NCBI GenBank assembly: GCA_046861395.1
Contig: JBHHUC010000005.1
Location: 1-64,000 of the forward strand
Source of the DNA: Fidelibacterota bacterium
GTDB lineage: Bacteria > Fidelibacterota > Marinisomatia > Marinisomatales > JABMOV01
Direction of reading: 5' to 3'
Length of the DNA stretch: 64,000 nt
Part shown: piece by piece, positions 10,739 to 19,968 of the stretch
Numbering within the stretch: the stretch's first letter is position 1
How the letters are laid out: each line of letters begins with the position of its first letter
The notes under the pieces: generated by a model
The model's input: only the letters and a program-made list of their open reading frames with translations
What the model was told of the DNA's origin: nothing
Databases searched by the model: none
Position numbers and translations under genes: made by a program

Positions 10739-12085
10739 TTAAAGCAGAGCCTGAGCCCGCTCAATATTGCCTGTTTTCCCGTAAAGCCCAATCAATATTT
10801 TCTTGATGCGGTCGTTCTTGGGATTTTGTGTATACAGATTTTCAAACAGGGGCAGGGCTTGTTGAAATTTTTCCTGCTTGATGCGGGTAATGCCCAGCAA
10901 TTCCGTGTATGATTCATCCTCCAGGATGGAGGTTCCGGCACTTGTCAATACTTTTTCCAGGGCTGTCAGGTTATTGGTTTCCTGATAGAGATGAATAAGC
11001 CGGTTTATAATTTCACGATGATTCGGGCGTTTTTGTAACAATTCTTCATATAGGTCAATGGCATTGGGGGCATTTCCCAGATCGGAATACAAACCGGCCA
11101 GGGTGAATTTTATTTTTTCGTCGGGAATCAGGATATCGGTGGAAACCCGTTTTTTTTGCCCTTTCAGTTGCCGGGTTACCCGCAATAGTTTTTTCAGATA
11201 AAGAACGGCCTTTTCCGGCTGCTGATCTTTAAGAGCCAGTTTATATTGTAAATAATACCCGGCGGCCTGTACCGGCTGCAGGCTCAGCGATTTCCGGATA
11301 TATTTTTTTGCTTCCTGATATTTTCCCAGTGCAAACAGTGTTTCACTGTAAGTATTATACAGGGAGACGGTCATTTTTTTATCAAATTGTTTCAACGCGA
11401 CGGCTCGCTCATAGTGTCCCAGAGCCTTATCATAATCCCGGTTAATTGCCAGATGCTGGGCCAGAGTATAATGTGCATAGGCACTTTTGGGATTTTCCTC
11501 TACCTGTTGCAATAACAAATTCCGGTTCCGTTCGTTTTTGGCCGCCGCCTTGCCACCGGAATAGTTGTAACCCGTATGGTACAATACAATGTTGGATTCC
11601 CGTTCCACGCCGCCCAGACGAACCACACTGGGAGACACCTGTTCGTGAATCCGTCCGATAAAATAGATTCCCTTGAAATTATTGAATAGCCGATGGGCCC
11701 CGGACAAGGAATAGGTTCCGTCGCGCTTTATGTTTTGGATTTGCACACCGTAGATGACGGGGGACTTTTCTTCCCTGAGCAGTGACAGCAACTCTTTCTG
11801 TGATTTTTCCATTAATGTTTCATCGGCATCCAGCCACAGAATCCAATCTCCGGTGGCATAGGAAATGGACGTATTCCGGGCCGCCGAAAAATCATCAATC
11901 CAGCGAAAAGAGTACACCTCGGCCCCATGTTCCCGCGCAATGGCCACCGTTCGGTCGGTTGAACCCGTATCGACAACAACAATTTGATCCGCCACCGGGC
12001 GAACGCTGGCCAGACAATCTCCCAGGCATGATTCTTCGTTCTTAACGATTAGACAGACGGACAGTGTTTGACGTTTGAGTGTCAT
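10739..12085 (-). CDS. GT2 glycosyltransferase with TPR repeats
   Basis: LSVCLIVKNEE, VDTGSTD, WIDDFSAARN, WLDADE, GRIHEQ followed by TPR helices; an architecture common in flagellin glycosylation loci. Confidence 0.9.
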   Translation of the reverse strand: MTLKRQTLSVCLIVKNEESCLGDCLASVRPVADQIVVVDTGSTDRTVAIAREHGAEVYSFRWIDDFSAARNTSISYATGDWILWLDADETLMEKSQKELLSLLREEKSPVIYGVQIQNIKRDGTYSLSGAHRLFNNFKGIYFIGRIHEQVSPSVVRLGGVERESNIVLYHTGYNYSGGKAAAKNERNRNLLLQQVEENPKSAYAHYTLAQHLAINRDYDKALGHYERAVALKQFDKKMTVSLYNTYSETLFALGKYQEAKKYIRKSLSLQPVQAAGYYLQYKLALKDQQPEKAVLYLKKLLRVTRQLKGQKKRVSTDILIPDEKIKFTLAGLYSDLGNAPNAIDLYEELLQKRPNHREIINRLIHLYQETNNLTALEKVLTSAGTSILEDESYTELLGITRIKQEKFQQALPLFENLYTQNPKNDRIKKILIGLYGKTGNIERAQALL

Positions 12086-12948
12086 GGTGTATGGTTCAGA
12101 TTTTTCAATTTGGTTTCAATGGCCTCAATCACGGCCGCTACTGTAATGTTCTTTTGACATTTGACGGCGTAAGGACAGGGTTCTTTTCGGTGAACGGCAA
12201 TAGCATTGTATTCACGGTAACAGGGTGAACAGTCTTCGCCTGACCATAAATTTGTGGCCGTGGGATAACCGGAACCTACGGGGCTGGTGCTGCCGAAAAT
12301 GACAACCGCCGGTTTCTTAAATGCCCCCGCTACATGATTGGGAAAACTGTCAATGCCCAGAAAAAGGTCTGACTCCGCAACGCAGGCCGCGCTGAGCCGG
12401 ATATTCATTACGCCGTTCATGGTGACGGCATTTTTCAGGACCGGCTCATTCCGGCCACCGATCTGAATAAACACCAAGCGACCGAAAAAATGATTCACGA
12501 CTTGCTGCCAGTTTTCAACCGGCCACTCCTTATAGGGCGACCATCCGGCTTTGATATGGATTGTGGCGACGGGAAGCGGAGAAAATTTCCGTACCAGGGT
12601 CCGGGCAAAGGAACGTTCGCTCTTGGTGAAGCATATCCGGCCGGCAATTTCCATCACCGGTATTCCATTTGACCGAGCAAATTCCCGGGCCAGATGATCC
12701 TGCAACGGAACATCTGGATAACCGTCTTTCACGGGATACTCGAACCAGACCGTACGATTCGCCTCAAGATTCACGGGAGAAATTTCATCAATGTCGGGAT
12801 TTTCCAACAGAAGATCGGGATTCATGGTGACAAATCGGATCAAGGCATCCGGGTGCTTCTGTCGCAGGGCTCGAACGGCAGGTGTGGTCATCAGAACATC
12901 ACCGATGGCACCGGCACGGCAGCATTCAATGACATAGGGACGCGACAT
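12082..12948 (-). CDS. GT9 (heptosyltransferase-like) glycosyltransferase
   Basis: GAIGDVLMTTPAVRALR, KEWP, GIDSFPNHVA, VVIFG and CSPC motifs; start moved to ATG 12948 to avoid overlap. Confidence 0.88.
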   Translation of the reverse strand: MSRPYVIECCRAGAIGDVLMTTPAVRALRQKHPDALIRFVTMNPDLLLENPDIDEISPVNLEANRTVWFEYPVKDGYPDVPLQDHLAREFARSNGIPVMEIAGRICFTKSERSFARTLVRKFSPLPVATIHIKAGWSPYKEWPVENWQQVVNHFFGRLVFIQIGGRNEPVLKNAVTMNGVMNIRLSAACVAESDLFLGIDSFPNHVAGAFKKPAVVIFGSTSPVGSGYPTATNLWSGEDCSPCYREYNAIAVHRKEPCPYAVKCQKNITVAAVIEAIETKLKNLNHTP

Positions 12949-12955
12949 CGTGCAT

Positions 12956-13732
12956 CTACGTTTTTTCATATCCCAGATGTTCCAGAGTGGGGCCGATAGC
13001 AGATTGAAAATAATCACAATCTGCGGTAGATAATTCATGACGATAACGGCCTGAGATTCCGGGTCCGGGCTGGATCACATTGTGTTGCCGGTTAGGACGG
13101 ACAGGTGTTTTCAATGGCTTGCCTAAGAAAATGCTCATTTTTTCAACCGTAGCATTGAATTCATCGTTTAGGTCTTCATACTGCAGAACAAATATTTCCT
13201 CTTTCGGTCGCGTAGCGGCGAAAGACAACCAACCCCGCACATGAGATTCCCAGCGGTGAAGGACCGTGGGTTCCTGTTCTTTCTGATAGCGCAACATGGC
13301 GCCCCGGGGAGCCGAACGGATAAATTCACCGACAGATGAACAGTTCGGACCTTCATCCCATCCTCGGGCATGACCATGATTTATCAGGTGCCAATTACTG
13401 AGCATCGTATCCCGGGGGTCACGATAGATATAAAAAATTTGAAACTGCGAACAGAAATAATCGGCAAAGGGTTTAATAAAAGCAACCGGATGATGTGATT
13501 TCAGGACATTGATTACCGGTTTATTGTGTACCTGTCGAAAATAGTTCTCCAGGCTTTCTGTTGCGTGGAAATTCAAGCCCTGTTCAAAATCCAGATTCCA
13601 CCAAGGCTTGGCGATATAACCGAAATTCTCCGCCAGTGTATTCATTAAGAAATGTGTCCCCGACCGTTCGTGACTGATGACGGCAACCTTCTTCTGCGGT
13701 TCCGGACTCAGACTCAGCGTTAATTGGGGCAT
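12956..13732 (-). CDS. Sulfotransferase
   Basis: PAPS loop SHERSGTHFL, KSH, 3'-PB motif YIYRDPRDTMLS, QYEDL. Confidence 0.88.
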   Translation of the reverse strand: MPQLTLSLSPEPQKKVAVISHERSGTHFLMNTLAENFGYIAKPWWNLDFEQGLNFHATESLENYFRQVHNKPVINVLKSHHPVAFIKPFADYFCSQFQIFYIYRDPRDTMLSNWHLINHGHARGWDEGPNCSSVGEFIRSAPRGAMLRYQKEQEPTVLHRWESHVRGWLSFAATRPKEEIFVLQYEDLNDEFNATVEKMSIFLGKPLKTPVRPNRQHNVIQPGPGISGRYRHELSTADCDYFQSAIGPTLEHLGYEKT

Positions 13733-13747
13733 GGGTATTCTACCTGT

Positions 13748-14869
13748 CTATCCGGTCTGAAAGATGTCGGCATATTTCTCTTTATAGGCCGGGTCGCGTC
13801 GATCGGCCATTGTAAATAATGATGCTGCTTTTTGTTCATCTCCCATTGCTTGTACTATCATTGCCATTTGATGATAGGCCCCGCCATTTTGGGGGTCCAG
13901 CCTTAAGATTTTTTTGACACATTCGAGAGCATGAGCCGTTTTTCCTGACGCGCGATATACAATGGAAAGGATTAATAAAGCCATTTGATCTATCGGGTTT
14001 GTTAAAAGGACGGAGTACAGCAGGTTTTTTGCATCGTTAAGTTTATCGTCTCTCAAATATTTTAATGACATTTGGCATCGTTTTTTATTCCTGTCCACCA
14101 ATTGTTCAGATTTTTCCATGAATTTATCATAGTCAATATTGGGCCATTTTTGTTTGAATTTTTCTTTTGTTTCTTTTAAACTCTGCTTGTAGTCAATATT
14201 ATTTTCCATAAAGGTTCTACTTCCGTAGTGATGGATAAAGACGCTCTCATCACACATTAGTGAAAAACCTTTATTTCGATACCTAATACAAAGATCATCG
14301 TCTTCGTAGTTACCCGTTCCTAAAGTCTCATCAAAACCTCCCACCATAAAATATTCATTCTTTCTAGCAATTATTGCAAACCCTGCTAGCCGATTGCGTG
14401 GAGTTAATTTTCCCTTATTTACTATTCTTATTTTATTGGCAAACTCCTGAAACTTGTCTCCCCTGTATGGCAATCTTTTTACCATTTGTCTACCACTTAT
14501 GTAGTTTGTAATCGGGCCAACCAGACCAATTTGAGGATCTTTTTCAATGGACGCAACTAAAGATGTTAACCAGTTTTCTGCGACTGTTACATCGTTGTTA
14601 AGGAATAACAGGTACTTGCCGGTTGCAATTCTTGCCCCTTGATTATTTGCTGCTGAGAACCCACGGTTATCTTTATTAAATATTAATTGTACATTCTTGT
14701 GATTCTCCTTAACCTCTTCTAAATAATTCTTTGTTCCATCGCGTGATCCATTATCAACAATTATGAGTTCAAATTCTGATTGATCCGTATGCTTATAAAT
14801 AGATTCAATACATTTGATTGTAAACAACTTTGCATTTAACGTGAGAATAATTATTGATGTTTTATTCAA
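13748..14869 (-). CDS. GT2 glycosyltransferase with C-terminal TPR
   Basis: IIVDNGSRDGT, NRGFSAANNQG, FLNND, GGFDE..GNYEDDDLC; TTG start. Confidence 0.9.
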   Translation of the reverse strand: MNKTSIIILTLNAKLFTIKCIESIYKHTDQSEFELIIVDNGSRDGTKNYLEEVKENHKNVQLIFNKDNRGFSAANNQGARIATGKYLLFLNNDVTVAENWLTSLVASIEKDPQIGLVGPITNYISGRQMVKRLPYRGDKFQEFANKIRIVNKGKLTPRNRLAGFAIIARKNEYFMVGGFDETLGTGNYEDDDLCIRYRNKGFSLMCDESVFIHHYGSRTFMENNIDYKQSLKETKEKFKQKWPNIDYDKFMEKSEQLVDRNKKRCQMSLKYLRDDKLNDAKNLLYSVLLTNPIDQMALLILSIVYRASGKTAHALECVKKILRLDPQNGGAYHQMAMIVQAMGDEQKAASLFTMADRRDPAYKEKYADIFQTG

Positions 14870-14870
14870 T

Positions 14871-16625
14871 TTATTGATTCCTTAATCGAATTGTTTTTTT
14901 TAGAGATAATTGAGAAATATGATATATTTTATTATCGTTTTCTGTCATCTTTTTAGACAGATCTACAAACCACAAATCATCTTTATACGGTTTCATGGAA
15001 TAATGTTTGTTCCTTAGAGCAAAATATTCCGGAATAACACAATCAATTGGTTTGAGCTGAAAATTATTAATTGTATTTCTCTTGGCCCTTAATTCAATTA
15101 AATCAGAATTAGCAAACTTATATCCATATTTTACTTCCGTTTTTGTGATGATATTCCCACTAATTGCATTTGCTTTTTCAAGCTTCATAAAAAGCCTGTT
15201 AATTAATTGATGTTCATTGTACTTATCAATAAACCTGTAGTTGATATTATTAACAATAATATATTTCGAGCGTGAACCGAGAATACTTTCAATAATACCA
15301 ATAGAGATGTCATAAGAATCGACTACTTTTACAACTTCTTTTAATTTCGCCACTGAGGCTTCATCAAACAATCCGCGCTTTAAAACTATTATATTTTTTA
15401 TACTATTAGACCCATTAGCCAGAAGGTCCAAGCAGTAATCGTAATAATCCTCAATTTTTTCGCTTCCGTAAATAATTTTCGTTACCATACTATTGTGTAT
15501 CTTTACCTTAAAATCATATTGTTTTAACTTTATGTTTATAGTTCTGAGATGAGTATCATCCAGGTGCATTCTCAAAAGTCTTAATTTTAATATATTATTG
15601 AGTCTCTCATTAATATGACCTTTTACAAGTTCTTGCCAATATCCTTTACCCCAATAGTATCGCATTATAAAGTCATAGGATTTAAACAATTTTTTTATTT
15701 CCCTGAAGGAATTCAATTCATATTGATTTATTTGCCCACCATGCAAGGCTTTTAACCAAACACCTTGATAGTCAGGAATTTTTTCTATGGCTTTTTCGAG
15801 TATCTCTATTTTTTCAAATTCATTTATTAATTCTAAATCGGAAATACTTAAATATGATTTAAGTAATAAATCCAGATTACTTATTTCATCCTCAAAACCT
15901 GGATGCATTTTTGATAATTTTACAACGCTTGCACCAGCTTTTTCTTGTCGTGATAAAAAGTTGTTTAAGTAAATAATATGGTTATGATAACCAACAGCAT
16001 TCGCATTAAAAACTATCCTGGTGTCACTTAGTTTTAGCCGGATTGCCAGTTCGGTGTCTTGTGATCCAAATGGTAATGATTCCTGGAATAAACCGATTTT
16101 CATAATTACTTCCCGCTTCATTGAAACATTCGGCGCATATAAAAACTGTGGTGGTACATCTTGATGATTTTTAATTTGGTAATAGGCGAATTGCCAACCA
16201 CCATTTACAGAATAAAACATAAAAGGACTGATTGCTATGTTCTTTGCGTATGGTAAATAACCCAGTACAACTATTTCTTCATTAGCGTAATCAGAGTGTG
16301 TTGTTAAATGTTCAGATATTAGTTTTCTATCAAAAATAATGTCTTGTGCAGAAAATAATAAATATTCTCCGCGGGCATTTTTTATAGCAGAATTTGTTGC
16401 AGCAGACTGCCCGCTCTTTAAATGTTTTATCATTTTAAAGGAAAATTGGTATTTACTGTTTAAATATTTTTCATAAGTCCCATCCGTTGATCCATCATCG
16501 CATACAACAACTTCAACCTTATCCATGTTAAAATTATTTTTTGCGATTGAATTCAATGTATCACCAAGCAGGTTAATACCATTAAAGCTCGGAATAATAA
16601 TACTGATTAAAGGTCGGTCATTCAT
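14871..16625 (-). CDS. GT2 glycosyltransferase with long divergent C-terminal region
   Basis: ISIIIPSFN, CDDGSTDGT, GQSAATN; DxD region reads FSAQD. Confidence 0.8.
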   Translation of the reverse strand: MNDRPLISIIIPSFNGINLLGDTLNSIAKNNFNMDKVEVVVCDDGSTDGTYEKYLNSKYQFSFKMIKHLKSGQSAATNSAIKNARGEYLLFSAQDIIFDRKLISEHLTTHSDYANEEIVVLGYLPYAKNIAISPFMFYSVNGGWQFAYYQIKNHQDVPPQFLYAPNVSMKREVIMKIGLFQESLPFGSQDTELAIRLKLSDTRIVFNANAVGYHNHIIYLNNFLSRQEKAGASVVKLSKMHPGFEDEISNLDLLLKSYLSISDLELINEFEKIEILEKAIEKIPDYQGVWLKALHGGQINQYELNSFREIKKLFKSYDFIMRYYWGKGYWQELVKGHINERLNNILKLRLLRMHLDDTHLRTINIKLKQYDFKVKIHNSMVTKIIYGSEKIEDYYDYCLDLLANGSNSIKNIIVLKRGLFDEASVAKLKEVVKVVDSYDISIGIIESILGSRSKYIIVNNINYRFIDKYNEHQLINRLFMKLEKANAISGNIITKTEVKYGYKFANSDLIELRAKRNTINNFQLKPIDCVIPEYFALRNKHYSMKPYKDDLWFVDLSKKMTENDNKIYHISQLSLKKTIRLRNQ

Positions 16626-17769
16626 TGATTACTGTATTGATTTGTTGTTCCAGCCTACTTGCTTCCGCACTTTGTTCTCCAATACGCCCATTCTGATTAT
16701 TCCCGACTCGAATAAAAGTATTGGGTTTCGCGATATCGGTTTGATGTGTGCTTAGAATATCTGTTAACCATCCGGGATATAATCCTTCAAATGATTCCAT
16801 AAATACAATTACTTCACCTTTCATGTATGATTTAGTACTGTTTATGATGAAATCACAAGATTTGTCTTGAGAATGCTTAAAGTCAATATGTCGAATGGTT
16901 CTCCGATTGACTTTTATTAAATATTCACATGTTCCATCCGTGGAATAATTATCAATAAATAAAACCTCGAAGCTTGGATATTTCGTATTCTTGAGGATTG
17001 ATTTTGTACACTCATGAGTATATAAAAGTTGATTATATACCGGAATAACAATGGATACCAAGGGGTGGGTGTTTTTTACATCAACCTGGGAATGGTCTAG
17101 CTTTGGATCAATAACATTTTTTGCGATTGAGCTGAGTTTTTTCTCTATCCTCAGAAATTGTTGTATTTTTCCCACTGCCTCCTTAAATGCCTCTCCTAAT
17201 AAATTCTCATAATTGATATGTATATTTTCATATCCTTCAGCAAAATGGTCTGCTTGAGAGTTATATTTATCATATAGTTTCCCCGCTTTTTCCCGCGTAA
17301 AGCTATCGCGTCGTACCAATGATTTTATCACCGATTCTCGATCTCGAATTATTCTGATAATTTTCATATCAGGAGGTAAAAGGTCTTTCCACACCGGGAA
17401 GGTTAAACACAGACGCGGATCTTTAATTGCCGCTTGTTTCTTGTCTTTATAACACTCCAACAACGATTTAATTAATGGATCTATTCGTATACTCTTGACA
17501 TCCTCTGAATCTGGTGGATCATCCCACGTCCCACCTGCCATCTTTAATATTATATCATTGGCCTCCATTACACTATTGCGCTCAAAATATCCCTTGGGAT
17601 TATCCGGGGTAGATTTCATCAAATCATTATCATCGCTCACATAAAATCCGGCCTCATGAAGAATGTTCATCATCATTGATGTACCGCTGCGATGCATTCC
17701 CAAGACTATTACAAACTTTTTTGTTTGATATTTTTCTTGTGATTTTACTTTTTGCAAAGAATATCCCAT
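16618..17769 (-). CDS. Sulfotransferase-family domain fused to a degenerate GT2 N-terminal domain
   Basis: VLGMHRSGTS, DNPKGYFE, KDPRLC, then VSIVIPVYN..IDNYSTDGT. Confidence 0.82.
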   Translation of the reverse strand: MGYSLQKVKSQEKYQTKKFVIVLGMHRSGTSMMMNILHEAGFYVSDDNDLMKSTPDNPKGYFERNSVMEANDIILKMAGGTWDDPPDSEDVKSIRIDPLIKSLLECYKDKKQAAIKDPRLCLTFPVWKDLLPPDMKIIRIIRDRESVIKSLVRRDSFTREKAGKLYDKYNSQADHFAEGYENIHINYENLLGEAFKEAVGKIQQFLRIEKKLSSIAKNVIDPKLDHSQVDVKNTHPLVSIVIPVYNQLLYTHECTKSILKNTKYPSFEVLFIDNYSTDGTCEYLIKVNRRTIRHIDFKHSQDKSCDFIINSTKSYMKGEVIVFMESFEGLYPGWLTDILSTHQTDIAKPNTFIRVGNNQNGRIGEQSAEASRLEQQINTVINE

Positions 17770-17782
17770 TTAATTCATTGTT

Positions 17783-18319
17783 TCAGGTTCTCTCAAGGAT
17801 CCCTTGGATAAACTGATTCTCCGGCTCCAGCTCCCGGGCTCGTTCCAACAATAATTGTGCATCTTCGTGGCGGTCCACTTCGGCGTATAATCGTGCCATT
17901 CTCACCAGGGTAGCCACATCATCCGGGAAGTTCTGCATGATAATCTGCAGTGCTCTCAGACCATTTTCATAATCCCCTTCTTCCAGTAAAATTTCGGCAT
18001 AGTTGCGCTGGGCATCCACGAATTGGGGATCGTATTCGATGGCGGCCCCGAACAATGTTTTGGCGCTGTCATAATCACCGGTCTGGGCGGCAATGATCCC
18101 GGCCAGATTATAGGCTTCTACGTGGTGGGGTTCTACCAGGATGATTTCATTGAGCTGGGTAATTGCCAAATCATAATTTTTCTCAGCATAGGAACAATAG
18201 GCCAAACCATACAAGGCATCGGGGTCCTGGGTTGTGGAAAAACATTGATCAAATAGTTTTTTCGCCGCCACAATCTGACCGCTCTCTGCCAGTTTATTAG
18301 CCTGTGTTATTGCATTCAT
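17783..18319 (-). CDS. TPR repeat protein
   Basis: Consecutive TPR units (ALYGLA, AYNLAG, AQRNYA, TLVRMA); GAGGAGG upstream. Confidence 0.85.
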   Translation of the reverse strand: MNAITQANKLAESGQIVAAKKLFDQCFSTTQDPDALYGLAYCSYAEKNYDLAITQLNEIILVEPHHVEAYNLAGIIAAQTGDYDSAKTLFGAAIEYDPQFVDAQRNYAEILLEEGDYENGLRALQIIMQNFPDDVATLVRMARLYAEVDRHEDAQLLLERARELEPENQFIQGILERT

Positions 18320-18330
18320 TTTTTCCTCCT

Positions 18331-18582
18331 CTAATCAACCATTTCTTCTTCAGCCTGCTTACCGTAAATATTGAACAGGTTTTCCAGAACATGGGTGGAT
18401 GTCATAATGGATTCCCGGTTTTTATTCCGGATTTTATTATAAACTTCTTCCCGATATATGGGAATTTCACGGGGAGCCTGAATCCCCAGCTTAATCTGGT
18501 CGGCCTCATTGGATAACACGGTAATGACAATATGTTGTCCAACCTGAATTTTTTCTCCTTTTTTGCGTGTCAGCACTAACAT
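18331..18582 (-). CDS. csrA: Carbon storage regulator CsrA
   Basis: MLVLTRKKGEKIQVG..IKLGIQAPREIPIYREEVY with C-terminal extension; adjacent to fliW. Confidence 0.97.
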   Translation of the reverse strand: MLVLTRKKGEKIQVGQHIVITVLSNEADQIKLGIQAPREIPIYREEVYNKIRNKNRESIMTSTHVLENLFNIYGKQAEEEMVD

Positions 18583-18605
18583 GTTCCCTCCATGGATAAT
18601 TCGGT

Positions 18606-19064
18606 CTATTTCCTGTTTAAGGCATAATTCATGGGCAGCGCCTGCTGGTCAAGAATGATCTGTCGGCCCGACTTACTGCTCTCATCCACCACAATCGGGG
18701 CCCGCAGATTCGCCGTGAATCCCTTTGTCCCCCGGTTGTACTGCAATACCGAATACACACAGACCGAGGTATTTGACATGAGCGTCGGATTGCTTTTCTG
18801 CAACGCTTCACTCAATTGGTCGGCAATATCCGGTGGAAGAATTTTCTTATGCTCGATCATGAGAAAAGCAACTGTGGGATCGTGGTGGGCGTGTAGAATC
18901 TTGAATGGTGTAAAACCGGCAACATCACGGACGATGAATTTTGTCAGTGATTCGAATCCCGGCAGGCCGTAGGAAAACGTGTACACGTCACCCGCTTTCT
19001 GATCGTCCTCTGCCAAAATTGAAGCTCCTGAATCCCCGCTGAATTCCTGGTTTAATAATTCCAT
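18606..19064 (-). CDS. fliW: Flagellar assembly factor FliW
   Basis: FSYGLPGFE and TANLRAPIVV..GRQIIL; lies between flgL and csrA. Confidence 0.93.
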   Translation of the reverse strand: MELLNQEFSGDSGASILAEDDQKAGDVYTFSYGLPGFESLTKFIVRDVAGFTPFKILHAHHDPTVAFLMIEHKKILPPDIADQLSEALQKSNPTLMSNTSVCVYSVLQYNRGTKGFTANLRAPIVVDESSKSGRQIILDQQALPMNYALNRK

Positions 19065-19068
19065 GATA

Positions 19069-19950
19069 TCACCCTAAAAAATCCAGCAAATTCGTCCTGA
19101 TCACATCGGATGCCGTCCGTAATGCTGCGTTATAGGAAATTTCTTCATTGTTATAGCGTGTAATCGCTTCCACCACGTCCGTATCCTCAATTTGTGATAG
19201 ATAGGAGGCCAGATTAATGTTGGCCGTGTCCAGTCTCTGACGCGCCATTTCCATATGATTCTGGATGGAACCGACACCGGATGCCAGTGATGCGATCTGA
19301 TCGCTCACATCGCGCAAGGAATTAATCATATCATTGATGGCGGTCTGATCATTATCATTCAGAGCATTCTTCAAATCGGTGAGCGCTGAAAAGACCCCCG
19401 TATTGGCCAATTGATTGCCGTTCACATTAATGGTCACGCTCAGGCTGGATCCGATTTTTCGATTGATCTTCCCGCTATTCCCATTGTAGGTCAGCGATCC
19501 GTTGGACCAATCAAAAGCCGCTTCTTCCTTGGTCTTGGTACCGGCAAACAGATTTTTGCCCAGATACTTGGTATTCACCAGAGAGACAACCTCTTCAATC
19601 AGACCGTCAACCTTATCGGCCAGGGCGGCACGATTGGTGGCATTCAATGTGTCATTAGCCCCTTGCGTGGCATATCCCTTGGCTTCCATGACCCGGTCCA
19701 GAATATGGTTCAGGGCGGAAGATGTCGTCGAAAGCCAGCCGTTGGAATTGGTAATGTTCCCCATATATTTTTCATTCTGGTTTATCATTTGGCGATAGCG
19801 AGCCATGCGCGTGTATCCCAGGGGATCGTCTGACGGTTTATGGATGGTTTTCCCGCTGGCAATATCCCGTTGAGCATTATTCATATTTTCATGGCTACGG
19901 TTAATGCCGTCCAGGATTGTGCGGGTAATAATGGATTGTGTTATTCGCAT
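19069..19950 (-). CDS. flgL: Hook-associated protein 3 FlgL
   Basis: MRIT start, SGKTIHKPSDDP, LFAGTKT, C-terminal LLDFL. Confidence 0.96.
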   Translation of the reverse strand: MRITQSIITRTILDGINRSHENMNNAQRDIASGKTIHKPSDDPLGYTRMARYRQMINQNEKYMGNITNSNGWLSTTSSALNHILDRVMEAKGYATQGANDTLNATNRAALADKVDGLIEEVVSLVNTKYLGKNLFAGTKTKEEAAFDWSNGSLTYNGNSGKINRKIGSSLSVTINVNGNQLANTGVFSALTDLKNALNDNDQTAINDMINSLRDVSDQIASLASGVGSIQNHMEMARQRLDTANINLASYLSQIEDTDVVEAITRYNNEEISYNAALRTASDVIRTNLLDFLG

Positions 19951-19968
19951 GACACGCCCACCTTCCTA

